DNA of 64,000 nucleotides from NCBI GenBank assembly GCA_000091205.1, contig AP006496.2; one strand, 5' to 3'. Both the position numbers and the translations under genes were made by a program. The DNA comes from Cyanidioschyzon merolae. Lineage: Eukaryota. The notes beneath the pieces are model-generated. The model saw only the letters and a program-made list of their open reading frames with translations, ran no database searches and was not told the DNA's origin. This document shows, in pieces, positions 10,200 through 20,589 of the stretch; position 1 is the stretch's first letter, and every line of letters begins with the position of its first letter.

Positions 10200-11096
10200 A
10201 TGACTCTGCTTGGATTCACGTATAATTTGTTGAGTGATGTTGCACTCTATAAAGGGCGCGCTTTGGCATCCACGTCCAGAGGGTGCAAAGCACGCAGTTC
10301 ACGTAGCCGCCGCTGGGCGCAGCTGCGTCGACGTTCGTCGCGGAGCACTGGAGCGCTTTTCCTACGTGCCGTTGAGGACGAGTCTGCGGAATCCGAGCTG
10401 CCGCCTGTCAAAGAGCCATATCCTGGATACTTTCGGGACCTGGAGCGCATGGGCGTGTCACGTGAGCAGGCAGTTGCACAGCTGCGTGAGAAGCTTGAGA
10501 GCAAACGGCCACCCAAGGACAAGAAAATTGGCGGCAAGGCGTCGCTGTATCGGCCAGACGGAACGCCCTACGCACCCTGGATGATTGGATTAGTGGAGGA
10601 GGAACCCTCAAAGGAGAAGGGTCTCGCTTCACGCACAGATGCACGAGGGCGACTCGCTGGTGACCCTCAAGCACAGGAAATTGCGGGTATCGGCTTGCGC
10701 GCCAGGATTGTGGACGACCGGGACGTCGAGCTACTGTGGCGCACCGAGGGTGAGACCAATAACGCGGGATTTCAGGTTTCACGGCGGCGTGGCAAGTCCA
10801 CGGACTGGGAAGTGATCGCAGACTACAAAAGCGCCCCCGACACGCTGCGAAGCAAGGGCGCACAAGGTGGAGCCTATCGCTTCATCGATACACCGCCAGA
10901 GGCTACGGGAACCTGGGTTTATCGCGTAAGCGACATTGATAATAGTGGCGAGGTGAGTGACCTATCGCAGATTCTAGTAGAATTCGAATCAGAAGCGGAG
11001 CGCAAACGACAGCTGTTGGTGTTAGCGGCACTCATCGGGACGCTTTTGCTCATAGGCACAGTGACCTCGATGCTGGATCCGCTTAGCGGCCCGTGA
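10200..11096 (+). CDS. Hypothetical protein, 298 aa; R/S-rich N-terminus, fibronectin-III-like middle region, C-terminal transmembrane anchor
   Basis: Long ATG-initiated ORF with protein-like composition. The conserved-looking segment is SLYRPDGTPYAPWMIGLVEEEP. The C-terminal hydrophobic stretch is LLVLAALIGTLLLIGTV. A (GCA)n tract follows the stop codon. Confidence 0.5.
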   Translation: MTLLGFTYNLLSDVALYKGRALASTSRGCKARSSRSRRWAQLRRRSSRSTGALFLRAVEDESAESELPPVKEPYPGYFRDLERMGVSREQAVAQLREKLESKRPPKDKKIGGKASLYRPDGTPYAPWMIGLVEEEPSKEKGLASRTDARGRLAGDPQAQEIAGIGLRARIVDDRDVELLWRTEGETNNAGFQVSRRRGKSTDWEVIADYKSAPDTLRSKGAQGGAYRFIDTPPEATGTWVYRVSDIDNSGEVSDLSQILVEFESEAERKRQLLVLAALIGTLLLIGTVTSMLDPLSGP

Positions 11097-11100
11097 AGGC

Positions 11101-11125
11101 GCAGCAGCAGCAGCAGCAGCAGCAA
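11101..11125 (+). repeat. (GCA)8 microsatellite
   Basis: gcagcagcagcagcagcagcagca, about 5 bp after the stop codon of the 10200..11096 gene. Confidence 0.9.
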
Positions 11126-12348
11126 CCCGCCTTGCGCATTTGGCGACGATTCACGAAACGAGATGATTGGGGCCGACGGCCTCTGCGTTCACGAAAAGGC
11201 AGCGGAAAGGCTTTGCAAGGTCATGCAAAAGCACAAACCAACCCGGCATCGGTCGGAATCTCTTGGACCGAGACACTGCCAAAAGATGATAGCATACGTG
11301 CGTCCCACAGGTTGCGTTCCGTGCGCAAAATGGGCGTCACAGCGGCGTGACGTGTCTAGGATACCGCAGCGCTGTAAACCAGATCAACGCTGAGTCAATA
11401 GATGCGAGCGCGGCTCTCACGAGTGGACATGTCTCGGCGCTCGCTCGAGACAGACACCATGATACGACAAATTGCGCAGGGACAGGAAAGCGATGCGCTC
11501 GTGCTCGTTGTGTTTCGAGCACTGGCTTTGAATCAACATAGTGGAAGGAAGCTCGAACGAGAGGTTTCGTGCTAACACATTCGGGTCCGAATGGAAACAC
11601 ACAGCGCTTCATCCGTGCGCCGGCGCCTCCACAGGTACAAACTTGCATCAACAACCTTTTCGAGTCTCGCCTCTGCAAGGCGCGATGCATCGATGAGCGT
11701 TTCGTATGGATCATGCGCACCGTTACCCAGTTTCGCGCCTCTTTTTCGCTGTCGAGTCCGGCTCAGATAGCGTTTTGATGAGACAATCAAGTGCTTCCCG
11801 TGAACATTCCCAAGGCAACGGATATAATGTAACAGCACTTGAAGACCACGGGTTTCATCTGGCGGGACGACGCGTTGCTGAGGCGCGTTCGTGTCGACTG
11901 GGACCATGGGCAGCGTTCCCAAGGCGCCGGCGAAAGGTCCCGGTATTGCATTGGTGCAAGCCTTGCCGCCCGCAGAGGGGTCAGAACGGACGAGACTTGT
12001 TCACAAAACGTTTCAGTCATCGCCGGGACAACCACTGCGATATGATAACTCTTGGTTGCCGTCGGAATCTCGGGCCGCACGCAATTAAGCTACAACAGCA
12101 GGAACGCAAACTGCCACGTGCGTCGCTGATGGCAATCTGGGACTTGCGCATTTTTCGCAAGCCGTGCCCTTGCGTACCGTCTGCATGTACTGCAGGCATG
12201 CAGGTTTCGCGGTCTTCGCCGCACCACCACCAGCAATACACAGTCATCATGTGCCGGGTCGGAGACGCAAACAAGGTCACGTTATGACGCAAGCAGCGCT
12301 CTGGAGCTTCCTGCTGCGATCCGCAGCGGGAACAAGACCAGACCCATC

Positions 12349-14409
12349 CTAGGCGTGGTAAATATCAGATCTAGCTGGCCCGCTCTCGCCATCATCGTCT
12401 CTGTCACTTTCGGTGTCCGACTCAGGATCGGCTGGGGAGTCTCGCTGACGTATTCCGCTACCGGCCCCGTCGAGAAAACTTGGCTCTAGAGTCGCAGACT
12501 CCGTTGCCTGCTCGAATGGATCGCTCTCGACGAGCTCAACCAGTGGACGTTGGTCCGGTGGCGGGGGCGGCGCGCGAATACGTTTGGTCAACGCTCGTGC
12601 CTCCTCTTCGGAAACCTGAAGCCATTCCCAGCGCGGTTTGAAAAGCGAGTCTATCGGGCGGCCCGCCTGCTCATAAGCTCTCTTCTCGGCGTCTAGAAGA
12701 CGATTCACGTAGGAGTTGGGTTGCAGCGCGTCCAGAGCACGTAGAAGCTCATCGTCATCATCGAGAATGATCGGATCAGACGCCAGTCGACAGAGGGCAG
12801 ACCGATTGCTTGGCCGTTCAACAAGCCCCTCTCCGAACGGGCTGTATTCTTTCTCGGGGCTATCGTCATCAATGAGCCGCAATCGCACGAGCAGTGCCCG
12901 AATCGGCGAGAAGCGTTGCCTTGCGCCCGGCGGCGAGCACTCTGCCAGGACCCTGTTCAGCGGATCCATCGAAAGCAGATCGTCTGGATCGTCGATTTTG
13001 GGGTGGTCCAGATCCGGCATTTTGGGAACCACAAAATTCAAGTAATAGAGGGCGTAGCAGAGATAAGCGACAATGGTACATGCCGCTACCACCAAGACGA
13101 TCTGGTGAAGCCCCTGTTCCAGCCATGCACCCAACCACAATGGGCGATGCCTTGCCAGCAGTGTGAGGCCCCAGCAACACGGATACTGCATGGCTACGAG
13201 TCCTGTACGAGGGCGCACAAGAGCACTGCAACGCAAGAGTATTGCCCACAGACATGATGCCGTGACGAGCCAGCGCCAGAGACAGAACGCGTGCACTAGT
13301 CGATTCTGGCGACCGCTGGCCATGATGCGTACCTCCTGATTCAGGTCTGGCCATTGCCACAGCGCCGGAATGGCCGCTGCCCGCGCCGAAATACCCACAA
13401 GCAGCCAAAAGATACCGATTTCGGTTAAGCCTCCTTGTATCCACGATGAGGTGAGAATGACGGGGTCGTGCACGAATGTGCATGCATTACCGATTGCGGC
13501 TGCTGAACCGAGCAGTGGCCAGACCATGAAAGCATACATCAAGAGGAGTCGCCGCACTGCATCGCTTGCGCGGTATCCTGGTAGACGCCGCGGATCAAAG
13601 CGCCGCGCCACTGGGGCGCTCAGAAAATCCCACGCGAGCAACACGACCGGTATCGCTACCATGATACACCCCGTCACCAGAAATGCGTCCAGTGTGGCAC
13701 CAATCGTCAGGGCTATAGCGTATCCGCCGGGTGTGCGGCTCGCAGCCCGCAGCAGGCTTCCCGCATGCCCTGTCACGGCGAGTAGCATTAGCACGAAGCC
13801 GAGCCGCCGTTTGAACCGGCGGACGCGTTTTCGATACAGACGGCGTTCGTCCATGTATGCAACCGCCTCGTCTCTGTCCCGAAAGCCGAGCCAGTTCAAA
13901 AAGAGGTTGTAGTCGAATTTTCTTTCCGCGGGTGCTGCTGATGGGTCTCTCGCGCCCAGCGTATCACTGAGATCCACGTCTTCCGGAATCGGCATACCAG
14001 GGAATATGCAGTGTTCCCGTAAACGATCTCGAAGCGACTGTCCTCGACGCCAGACGCGAGGCTCAATGTCCAAGAAATGTCGAACAAGCTCCGGCAGGAG
14101 CGGAGGGCCCGCAGTATCCAAGCCGAGTTCCTCTGCTTGCTCGAGCAGTGCGCTAAGCTTGGTTTGAGGTGGCAGCTTTTGATCACTGCCGGATTCGGGC
14201 CCAGATGAAGCGCAGGAACATAGTGCGTTTCTGTATGTGTGCCGCTGGCCGTTAGCGAGCCGCAGCTTCGCCAACCCGGGACCTGTTCGGTTCTTCGTGC
14301 GGCACGGCGACGCGGTTGCCGAACAAGCTAGCTGTGCGTGGCGTGACGGCAACGCCCTGGTAGCTCCAAAGCCGCTCGCTGGGCGTGCTACCCAGTTCGT
14401 CTGCCACAT
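12349..14409 (-). CDS. Hypothetical multi-pass membrane protein, 686 aa
   Basis: ATG start (complement of 14407-14409). There are at least 8 hydrophobic helices (LGFVLMLLAVTG, IMVAIPVVLLAW, FWLLVGISARAAAI, IVLVVAACTIVAYLCYALYYL and others). The C-terminal tail is acidic and proline-rich. I recognised no family. Confidence 0.55.
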   Translation of the reverse strand: MWQTNWVARPASGFGATRALPSRHAQLACSATASPCRTKNRTGPGLAKLRLANGQRHTYRNALCSCASSGPESGSDQKLPPQTKLSALLEQAEELGLDTAGPPLLPELVRHFLDIEPRVWRRGQSLRDRLREHCIFPGMPIPEDVDLSDTLGARDPSAAPAERKFDYNLFLNWLGFRDRDEAVAYMDERRLYRKRVRRFKRRLGFVLMLLAVTGHAGSLLRAASRTPGGYAIALTIGATLDAFLVTGCIMVAIPVVLLAWDFLSAPVARRFDPRRLPGYRASDAVRRLLLMYAFMVWPLLGSAAAIGNACTFVHDPVILTSSWIQGGLTEIGIFWLLVGISARAAAIPALWQWPDLNQEVRIMASGRQNRLVHAFCLWRWLVTASCLWAILLRCSALVRPRTGLVAMQYPCCWGLTLLARHRPLWLGAWLEQGLHQIVLVVAACTIVAYLCYALYYLNFVVPKMPDLDHPKIDDPDDLLSMDPLNRVLAECSPPGARQRFSPIRALLVRLRLIDDDSPEKEYSPFGEGLVERPSNRSALCRLASDPIILDDDDELLRALDALQPNSYVNRLLDAEKRAYEQAGRPIDSLFKPRWEWLQVSEEEARALTKRIRAPPPPPDQRPLVELVESDPFEQATESATLEPSFLDGAGSGIRQRDSPADPESDTESDRDDDGESGPARSDIYHA

Positions 14410-14568
14410 AAACCAACACTAGCAACCGCAGCGACAAACGCTTCCCCTAAAAGATGCTCTCGTTTTGGGAAACGCTCAGTGCTTGCCCGTGCGCAGGGCA
14501 AGCATTTATCTCGCGAACAGAGAAAGGAATAGCAAGCTGTCCCAGCACGCGCAGAGCAAGAGACTTGA

Positions 14569-15217
14569 GAGCACTGCGATGCAGCACTCTGGAAGATTCC
14601 ATGCGACATGTACTCGTGCACGCATCCGCGGGTGCACGCATTCTAGGACACGTGTATGTATGTGCATAGGCCTGCATGCACTTGATCCGTGCATCAAGAG
14701 CACTGCGATGCAGCACTCTGGAAGATTCCATGCGACATGTACTCGTGCACGCATCCGCAGGTGCACGCATTCTAGGACACGTGTATGTATGTGCATAGGC
14801 CTGCATGCACTTGATCCGTGCATCAAGAGCACTGCGATGCAGCACTCTGGAAGATTCCATGCGACATGTACTCGTGCACGCATCCGCGGGTGCACGCATT
14901 CTAGGACACGTGTATGTATGTGCATAGGCCTGCATGCACTTGATCCGTGCATCAAGAGCACTGCGATGCAGCACTCTGGAAGATTCCATGCGACATGTAC
15001 TCGTGCACGCATCCGCGGGTGCACGCATTCTAGGACACGTGTATGTATGTGCATAGGCCTGCATGCACTTGATCCGTGCATCAAGAGCACTGCGATGCAG
15101 CACTCTGGAAGATTCCATGCGACATGTACTCGTGCACGCATCCGCAGGTGCACGCATTCTAGGACACGTGTATGTATGTGCATAGGCCTGCATGCACTTG
15201 ATCCGTGCATCAAGAGC
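14569..15217 (+). repeat. 129-bp minisatellite x5
   Basis: The unit gagcactgcgatgcagcactctggaagattccatgcgacatgtactcgtgcacgcatccgc(g/a)ggtgcacgcattctaggacacgtgtatgtatgtgcataggcctgcatgcacttgatccgtgcatcaa starts at 14569, 14698, 14827, 14956 and 15085, and the array ends at ~15217. Its length is a multiple of 3 (43 codons). That explains the long overlapping ORFs 14447..15430, 14465..15391 and 14506..15213, which are not genes. Confidence 0.9.
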
Positions 15218-15765
15218 GTCCTCTATCGACCGCTCGCCTTCATGTACCGATGCTTTCTCTTGCGTACATCCTCGGGATCGCATCAACGCCACAATGGCAA
15301 CCGTACCAACAGATTGCCGTCCAACGTCATCTGCGGATTGACACACCAGAAACAATGCGGTTTGGAGTTGGTTGACACACTTCAACGATAACGGTTCTGA
15401 GACTTTGGCGTAATGCCCATTGTGCGGCAAGTTTAGCAGCCTGGACTTGTCTCAATATCGAATAGGTCTCGGTGAGGCGGCGTCAAACACGAAATACAAA
15501 CGGACGCGGCTTCGTGACGGTGCGCACGGGGAGTTGGCCTTCTGCTTCCGTCGGTCGGACACGAGGCTGAGCCTCGGGAGTCTCAGTTAGACTCTGCACG
15601 CTACACGAGCTAGCAGAAACACTGGACCAATTTTTAGCGTGCTATCGGACGCTTACTGAACAAGTGCACGTTGCGGACGAGTGAGACGCTGGGCTTGTCG
15701 TCGGCCGCGGGCGGAGGCCATACTCTTTGGTTCAGAGTCGACTGGGAAAGGCCCTGCCAACGTGA

Positions 15766-17601
15766 ATGCATGCACGGGCTAAGGGCCCGGTTGCGCCGCA
15801 AGTTTACCGACTCGCGTTCAGCACAGCTGCTGCTCCCTGGCGAGCACGGTCACAGCAGCAGGCGTGCGGAGTGCAGACGCGCAGCGCACCGCCTGAAGCA
15901 GCGCAAGAGACCTTGTCTCTGGACACCTTCACACCGGGAAACCTGCACATCTCAAAGCCTGCTCCTTGCATTCGACGCATGCGTTGGCCTGCGTGGCGCC
16001 ATGGGCGGTTTCGGCTATTGATGAAGCGTGAGCGACCTGTTCTCGCTTCCCGTCGTTCTGTGCGGTTTGTGGCTGCAAGCCGCAGAAAGCTGGCCAAACT
16101 CCGAACTCTCCTTCTCGAGCGACTGCTTCAAGGTTATGAACCAACGCCTGAGCTCGCGTCTATCTTGCTCGTGTATCTAGTACAAGGCGTCCTTGGTTTG
16201 GCTCGACTAGCCACCGTATTTTACTTCAAGGATGAGCTGAAGCTGTCACCTTCACAACTCGCAATGCTGAGTGGTGTCCAGACGTTGCCGTGGACCATCA
16301 AACCCCTCTATGGTTTTCTCTCTGATGCGGTGCCGCTCTTCGGCTATCATCGACGATCCTATCTTAGCCTCGCAGGGGCGTTAGGAGCCGCGTCCTGGTT
16401 GGGCCTTGCAACCTGGGCCCATACGCCGGCTCAGGCGCTGCTCTGCTCTACACTAGCATCGCTCGCCGTAGCCATCAGTGATGTTGTTGCCGACGGTCTC
16501 GTTGTTGAGCGGGTCCGCGAGAACTCACAGGAACGTGCCGGTTCACTGCAGAGTCTCTGCTGGGGCATATCGGCGTTCGGAGGTCTCGTGACCTCGTATT
16601 TCTCGGGATCATTACTGGAACGCTTCACGCCTCGTCAGATTTTTCTTATGACGGCAACGTTTCCCCTCATGATTAGCACCGTGTCCTTCTTCATCGATGA
16701 GCGACCGTCTTATAGCGAGCAAGCGCTCGTCCAAGAGCGGTCGACCGGCAGCGCTGCGAGTCAAGATGGAAGCCGCGTCCACCAGGCGACAAAATGGTCC
16801 CGGTATAGTGAGCAGGTCGCGCGAGACGCCAGGGAACTGCTGAGCAAGCTTTGGAATGCTATTCGACAGCCATCCATCCTCTATCCAACGGCGTTTGTCT
16901 TCCTGTGGCAAGCAACCCCTTCCGCAGAGACCGCGTTCTTTTACTACATGACAAATGAGCTTCACTTTGGACCAGAATTCCTCGGCCGCATTCGCATCAT
17001 CTCAAGTGCGGCAATGCTCGTCGGCGTTTTCGTTTATAATCGTTTCCTGCAACGCGTGCCGATCAAATCGATGCTTCGTTGGAGCACCATCCTCAGCGTA
17101 CCGCTGGGTCTCTCGCAGCTCATTCTCGTAACAGGTCTGAACACCCGATGGGGAATCCCGAATTCCTGGTTCGTGCTTGGGGATGCTGCGGTACTGACCG
17201 CTTTGGGTCAGGTCGCCTTCATGCCTACTTTGGTGCTGGCGGCTCGATTGTGTCCCCCAGGTGCAGAATCTGTCGTCTTCGCGACGCTCATGTCCCTGTA
17301 CAACGCGAGCGGGGTCTTGGGCACCGAAATGGGCGCGCTGCTGACGCAGGTGCTCGGGGTGACAGAGCAAAACTTTACGAACCTTTGGGCGCTCATCACG
17401 ATCTGTAATCTATCGTCTTTGCTACCGCTGCTGTTTATCGATTTCCTTGATCGTGCACCCATCGATCGGAACGCTGCAATGTCTTCCACAGATACGGCCG
17501 CTGCAGCGTCCGAAGAGTTTACCGATCTGGATGGCCTCGAGCGGGGCCACTCTTCGGTAACCGAGTCGACAAAGAATGCGAACGCTCGTTCTCGGCGATG
17601 A
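15766..17601 (+). CDS. Folate-biopterin transporter (BT1 family, MFS), 611 aa including an N-terminal extension
   Basis: LLVYLVQGVLGLARLATVFYFKDELKLSPSQLAMLSGVQTLPWTIKPLYGFLSDAVPLFGYHRRSYL is the BT1 signature region, followed by ~11 further transmembrane helices. The R-rich N-terminal ~125 aa may be a targeting presequence. Alternative Met codons are at 15979 and 16021. Confidence 0.85.
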   Translation: MHARAKGPVAPQVYRLAFSTAAAPWRARSQQQACGVQTRSAPPEAAQETLSLDTFTPGNLHISKPAPCIRRMRWPAWRHGRFRLLMKRERPVLASRRSVRFVAASRRKLAKLRTLLLERLLQGYEPTPELASILLVYLVQGVLGLARLATVFYFKDELKLSPSQLAMLSGVQTLPWTIKPLYGFLSDAVPLFGYHRRSYLSLAGALGAASWLGLATWAHTPAQALLCSTLASLAVAISDVVADGLVVERVRENSQERAGSLQSLCWGISAFGGLVTSYFSGSLLERFTPRQIFLMTATFPLMISTVSFFIDERPSYSEQALVQERSTGSAASQDGSRVHQATKWSRYSEQVARDARELLSKLWNAIRQPSILYPTAFVFLWQATPSAETAFFYYMTNELHFGPEFLGRIRIISSAAMLVGVFVYNRFLQRVPIKSMLRWSTILSVPLGLSQLILVTGLNTRWGIPNSWFVLGDAAVLTALGQVAFMPTLVLAARLCPPGAESVVFATLMSLYNASGVLGTEMGALLTQVLGVTEQNFTNLWALITICNLSSLLPLLFIDFLDRAPIDRNAAMSSTDTAAAASEEFTDLDGLERGHSSVTESTKNANARSRR

Positions 17602-19299
17602 AGGTCGCTCTGTATTGCTAAAATAGCCGTCCGGAGATTGTGAACCCAATGCGCTTGCACGGGAATTCAGGCCGTGTACTGGAGGACAGTGCGTGGCATC
17701 GCTTGCAAGAGTACATTGCCTCGGCTAGGGCGTCGCTAGCGCCTTGCTGGTGCATGGTACGCACGATCGGTGCAAGTGACGTACATCGGCCGACAGCAAC
17801 GTAGCCCTGAAAGTGCAGTAGTTCGCGCGTCCTGCATATAGAGCGCTAGTCGGGAACCTCTCCTGTTATCGTATCTGGGTAGCGGATCGCTCCATACGCG
17901 TGTTCGTGGAAAGCACCTCTTCGAGATTCAGCGCTTCTTTCTGACAAAGGAGATGAGTCCGTTGCTTGCAATGGATGCCCAATGCTCTATGCGAAAAATT
18001 TGCAGGGATTTGCGTATGCGCGCGCTGGCGACCCATGTCCAGCACACTCCTATGCAAGACGACTTGCGTTCGTGTTTCAGACTAGTCCTGTATCAGGTAC
18101 AAAGGAGCAGCAGCGACAGCACTGCAACGTACTTGCCTCAGCGAACGGTTGTGGTCAGCGCAGAGCCTCAGTAACGACGCAACGAGTAACGATGACGCTA
18201 GTTTCTCGCGGTGGTGATTCGTTTGCTTCAGTACGGGCATACCGTAGCGAGCGGTTCAGTCGTAGTATCTGGTGATCTTCTCGCCAAGGCCCGAACAACT
18301 TCAGTCAAAGCACGTTGACTGTAATCTCTCTGAGCAGCTGCGCTTGCGGCATTCCTCGCGTCCATGGTAGTCTCTCAGTGCGTGCAACGCTTCTGGATTG
18401 CCTGCAACCGATATAACGTAGACGCTCGCGTCCTATCACCCGCCATGACCCAGACGTCTTCATACAAACGGAATCCTATCCTCATCATTGCGCTGCTTGT
18501 GCGGTTCCCGAACGCGGGGTCGTGTATTTTCCAAGTGCTGTTTCCGATGCCACGCTTTGCATGAGCTTGAGTGCCGACGCATTACTGTGTTGCTTCTTCC
18601 TGTCCCGTTAAGCATCGCTCGGGTGAATGCGAGCAGGTGGCTTTTGACCGACGCGTGTGCATATATGCGACGTTTCATGGTATAACGCGGGTCCGTCAGG
18701 TGCGCTGCCTATGCGTCAGCGCGCGTGACAAGTCAGCGCGTACCCGATAGACGATCCAGCTTCACCTGTGCGACATAAAAATGGAACACTGAACTGCTCG
18801 CTCTGTTCAAGCACCTTGATCATTTTTCCGAACTTGCTAAGATATGCGTACGCGGGATGCAAAGCCCAGCAATAGGGGCTTAGGAATGCATACGTAGTTT
18901 CCGGATTCTCGATCAGGGTTTCAAAGTTGAGTCTTCGACGCTTTGCCTTTGGCATTCGATGCGTCATCAGAATGATGATGATTCTCGAAGCACGTGAACA
19001 GGGCTTTGTAAAGTAATCGACATTATTGTCCACTGCATACGTACAAGTATTCAATCTTCTCATGCCCTGATGTGGAACATGCGCAAATCACGATTGCTTC
19101 GAGTTTTCGATTTTTCTGGTTCGAGGCAAGTCGTGGGCGCAGCCATGCGTATCGTTGCATTGACGACGAAAGAAGAAACGTGATGTTGTCCCGTAATGAC
19201 TTGTTCATACGCTCATGTCGAAATTTCATGAAACATGTCACTTCATTCGATGATAGACTTTGTTAGAAATACGAATACTCTAGTCTCTGTGGTCATCGA

Positions 19300-19870
19300 C
19301 GAAACTGCATTCGATACCTGCACAATACTTCTCATGGGATATGCTCCCAGAGGCTCCTATGTCTTCAGAGTGCGCCGAAAATCCGCTTGGGATCGGACTT
19401 ATCCTAGTGACCGCTTCCAGTCGAGAGGGCGTCACCGGTTTGCACGAAGAAAGCCCAGACGGTTCGCCAACCCTCGACTTGATCTCTAGCCCGGATTTTC
19501 ATTCTGGTACATGTTTCACTGTCGATAAAATCTGGTTCCGTCAATGCCTTATGGAATGGGAAAGCACGGGCTCGCGCGTGCGACGGACAGGGTACTCCTC
19601 CGGGGGATCACGCAGACGACGACTATATTCGCAGTACATTGCATCGGGTGCTTCGAGCGAGCAGGGCAAAGATGGAAGACGTCTGTGCCCGTCGAGTGCA
19701 GGTACCGAGCCGTGAAGCAAGTATTGGCGTACCATAGGCCGGACCTTGCAGGAGTCATTGTGATGAACATACGTGAAAACCTGACAACAATCAAGTGTCA
19801 CCTGAACAAGAGGCACACCGAGCTGTTTACAACGACAATGAGCATCGCAAGTGAGGTGTAGATCGAAACG
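19300..19870 (+). repeat. R1 dispersed repeat copy
   Basis: It aligns to the 2.35-2.96 kb copy along its full length (for example cgaaactgcattcgatacc; gacttgatctctagcccggattttc; ccttatggaatgggaaagc; aagtgtcacctgaacaag). It accounts for ORFs 19341..19715 and 19544..19861. Confidence 0.5.
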
Positions 19871-20589
19871 GCCCCCGCAATGCATAGAGTGATTTGATAA
19901 CAGATAGAATCAGGGGAATCGGGTCTTCAATGCCGTCATCGACATCCTTTGACTGCTGGCAACGGAGCTGGAGGCAAATGCAGAGACCGATGTATTCAAG
20001 GCGGAAGCGAAGCGCGACGAGAAGGAAGCATTCACGGAACCAGCCCACTTACGTTGGTATCGATGATACTGGGAGGAGGTCAGAGCTTTGGGGTGAACGC
20101 CCGAGTCAGACGACCCTTTCCATGTTACCCTACCATGGACTCAGGAAAACCTTCCAGTGACACGAATTCGAGGCAGGATCCCATTTCACGGATACTGTGT
20201 TCGCGAAGCAACGACGTACCGATTCGGGTCACATTCGAGTTTCTGCAAAGCCGAGAAAACGGCACCGATTGTATATAGGGTAACTAGAGATGCCATTGGT
20301 AGGTGCAGGCGTGCTCCAGAATCCAGGACACCAACGCTGGAGATAGATCACCATCTGGGCCTCCGATAAACCCGGCCGTAGGCCACAAAATTTTACCTTC
20401 CTCCAATTGTTCGCAATTCAGCTGCGTCTCGAAAGCGAGCACACATTGCATACAAACCTGCAATACTTGAACGGCGATATTGTATTCGCATCGCGAAGCG
20501 CGCGAGCACCAAGTCACTCGTTTCTGGCTGCGTACGTGTTTGTGTGCAGGTCTTCGGGGCACCAACCGAGCACGTACAAGCATTATACC

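Noticed and set aside
14569-15217. The tandem arrays at 14.6 kb and 30.2 kb as CRISPR arrays
   Set aside because: Their units are contiguous with no unique spacers, their periods are 129 and 123 bp, and the host is eukaryotic. They are minisatellites.
14447-15430. ORFs of 327, 308 and 235 aa covering 14.4-15.4 kb on both strands
   Set aside because: Each is a read-through of the 129-bp (43-codon) minisatellite in a different frame. The peptides are exact 43-aa tandem repeats with no protein-like features.
19700-19870. Resemblance of the 3' ends of R1 copies (gcacaccgag..gtt.aca..atgag..gcaagtgagg) to the universally conserved 3' minor domain of SSU rRNA (ACACACCGCCCGUCACACCAUGGGAG..GCAAAAGAAG), and of gtgccagagaacggccg to the 530-loop.
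   Set aside because: The matches are short (8-9 nt cores) and are not consistently conserved across all copies. The 530-like element is in the wrong position relative to the 3' end. Chance similarity in a GC-rich repeat is the simpler explanation. It would need Infernal or Rfam to revisit.
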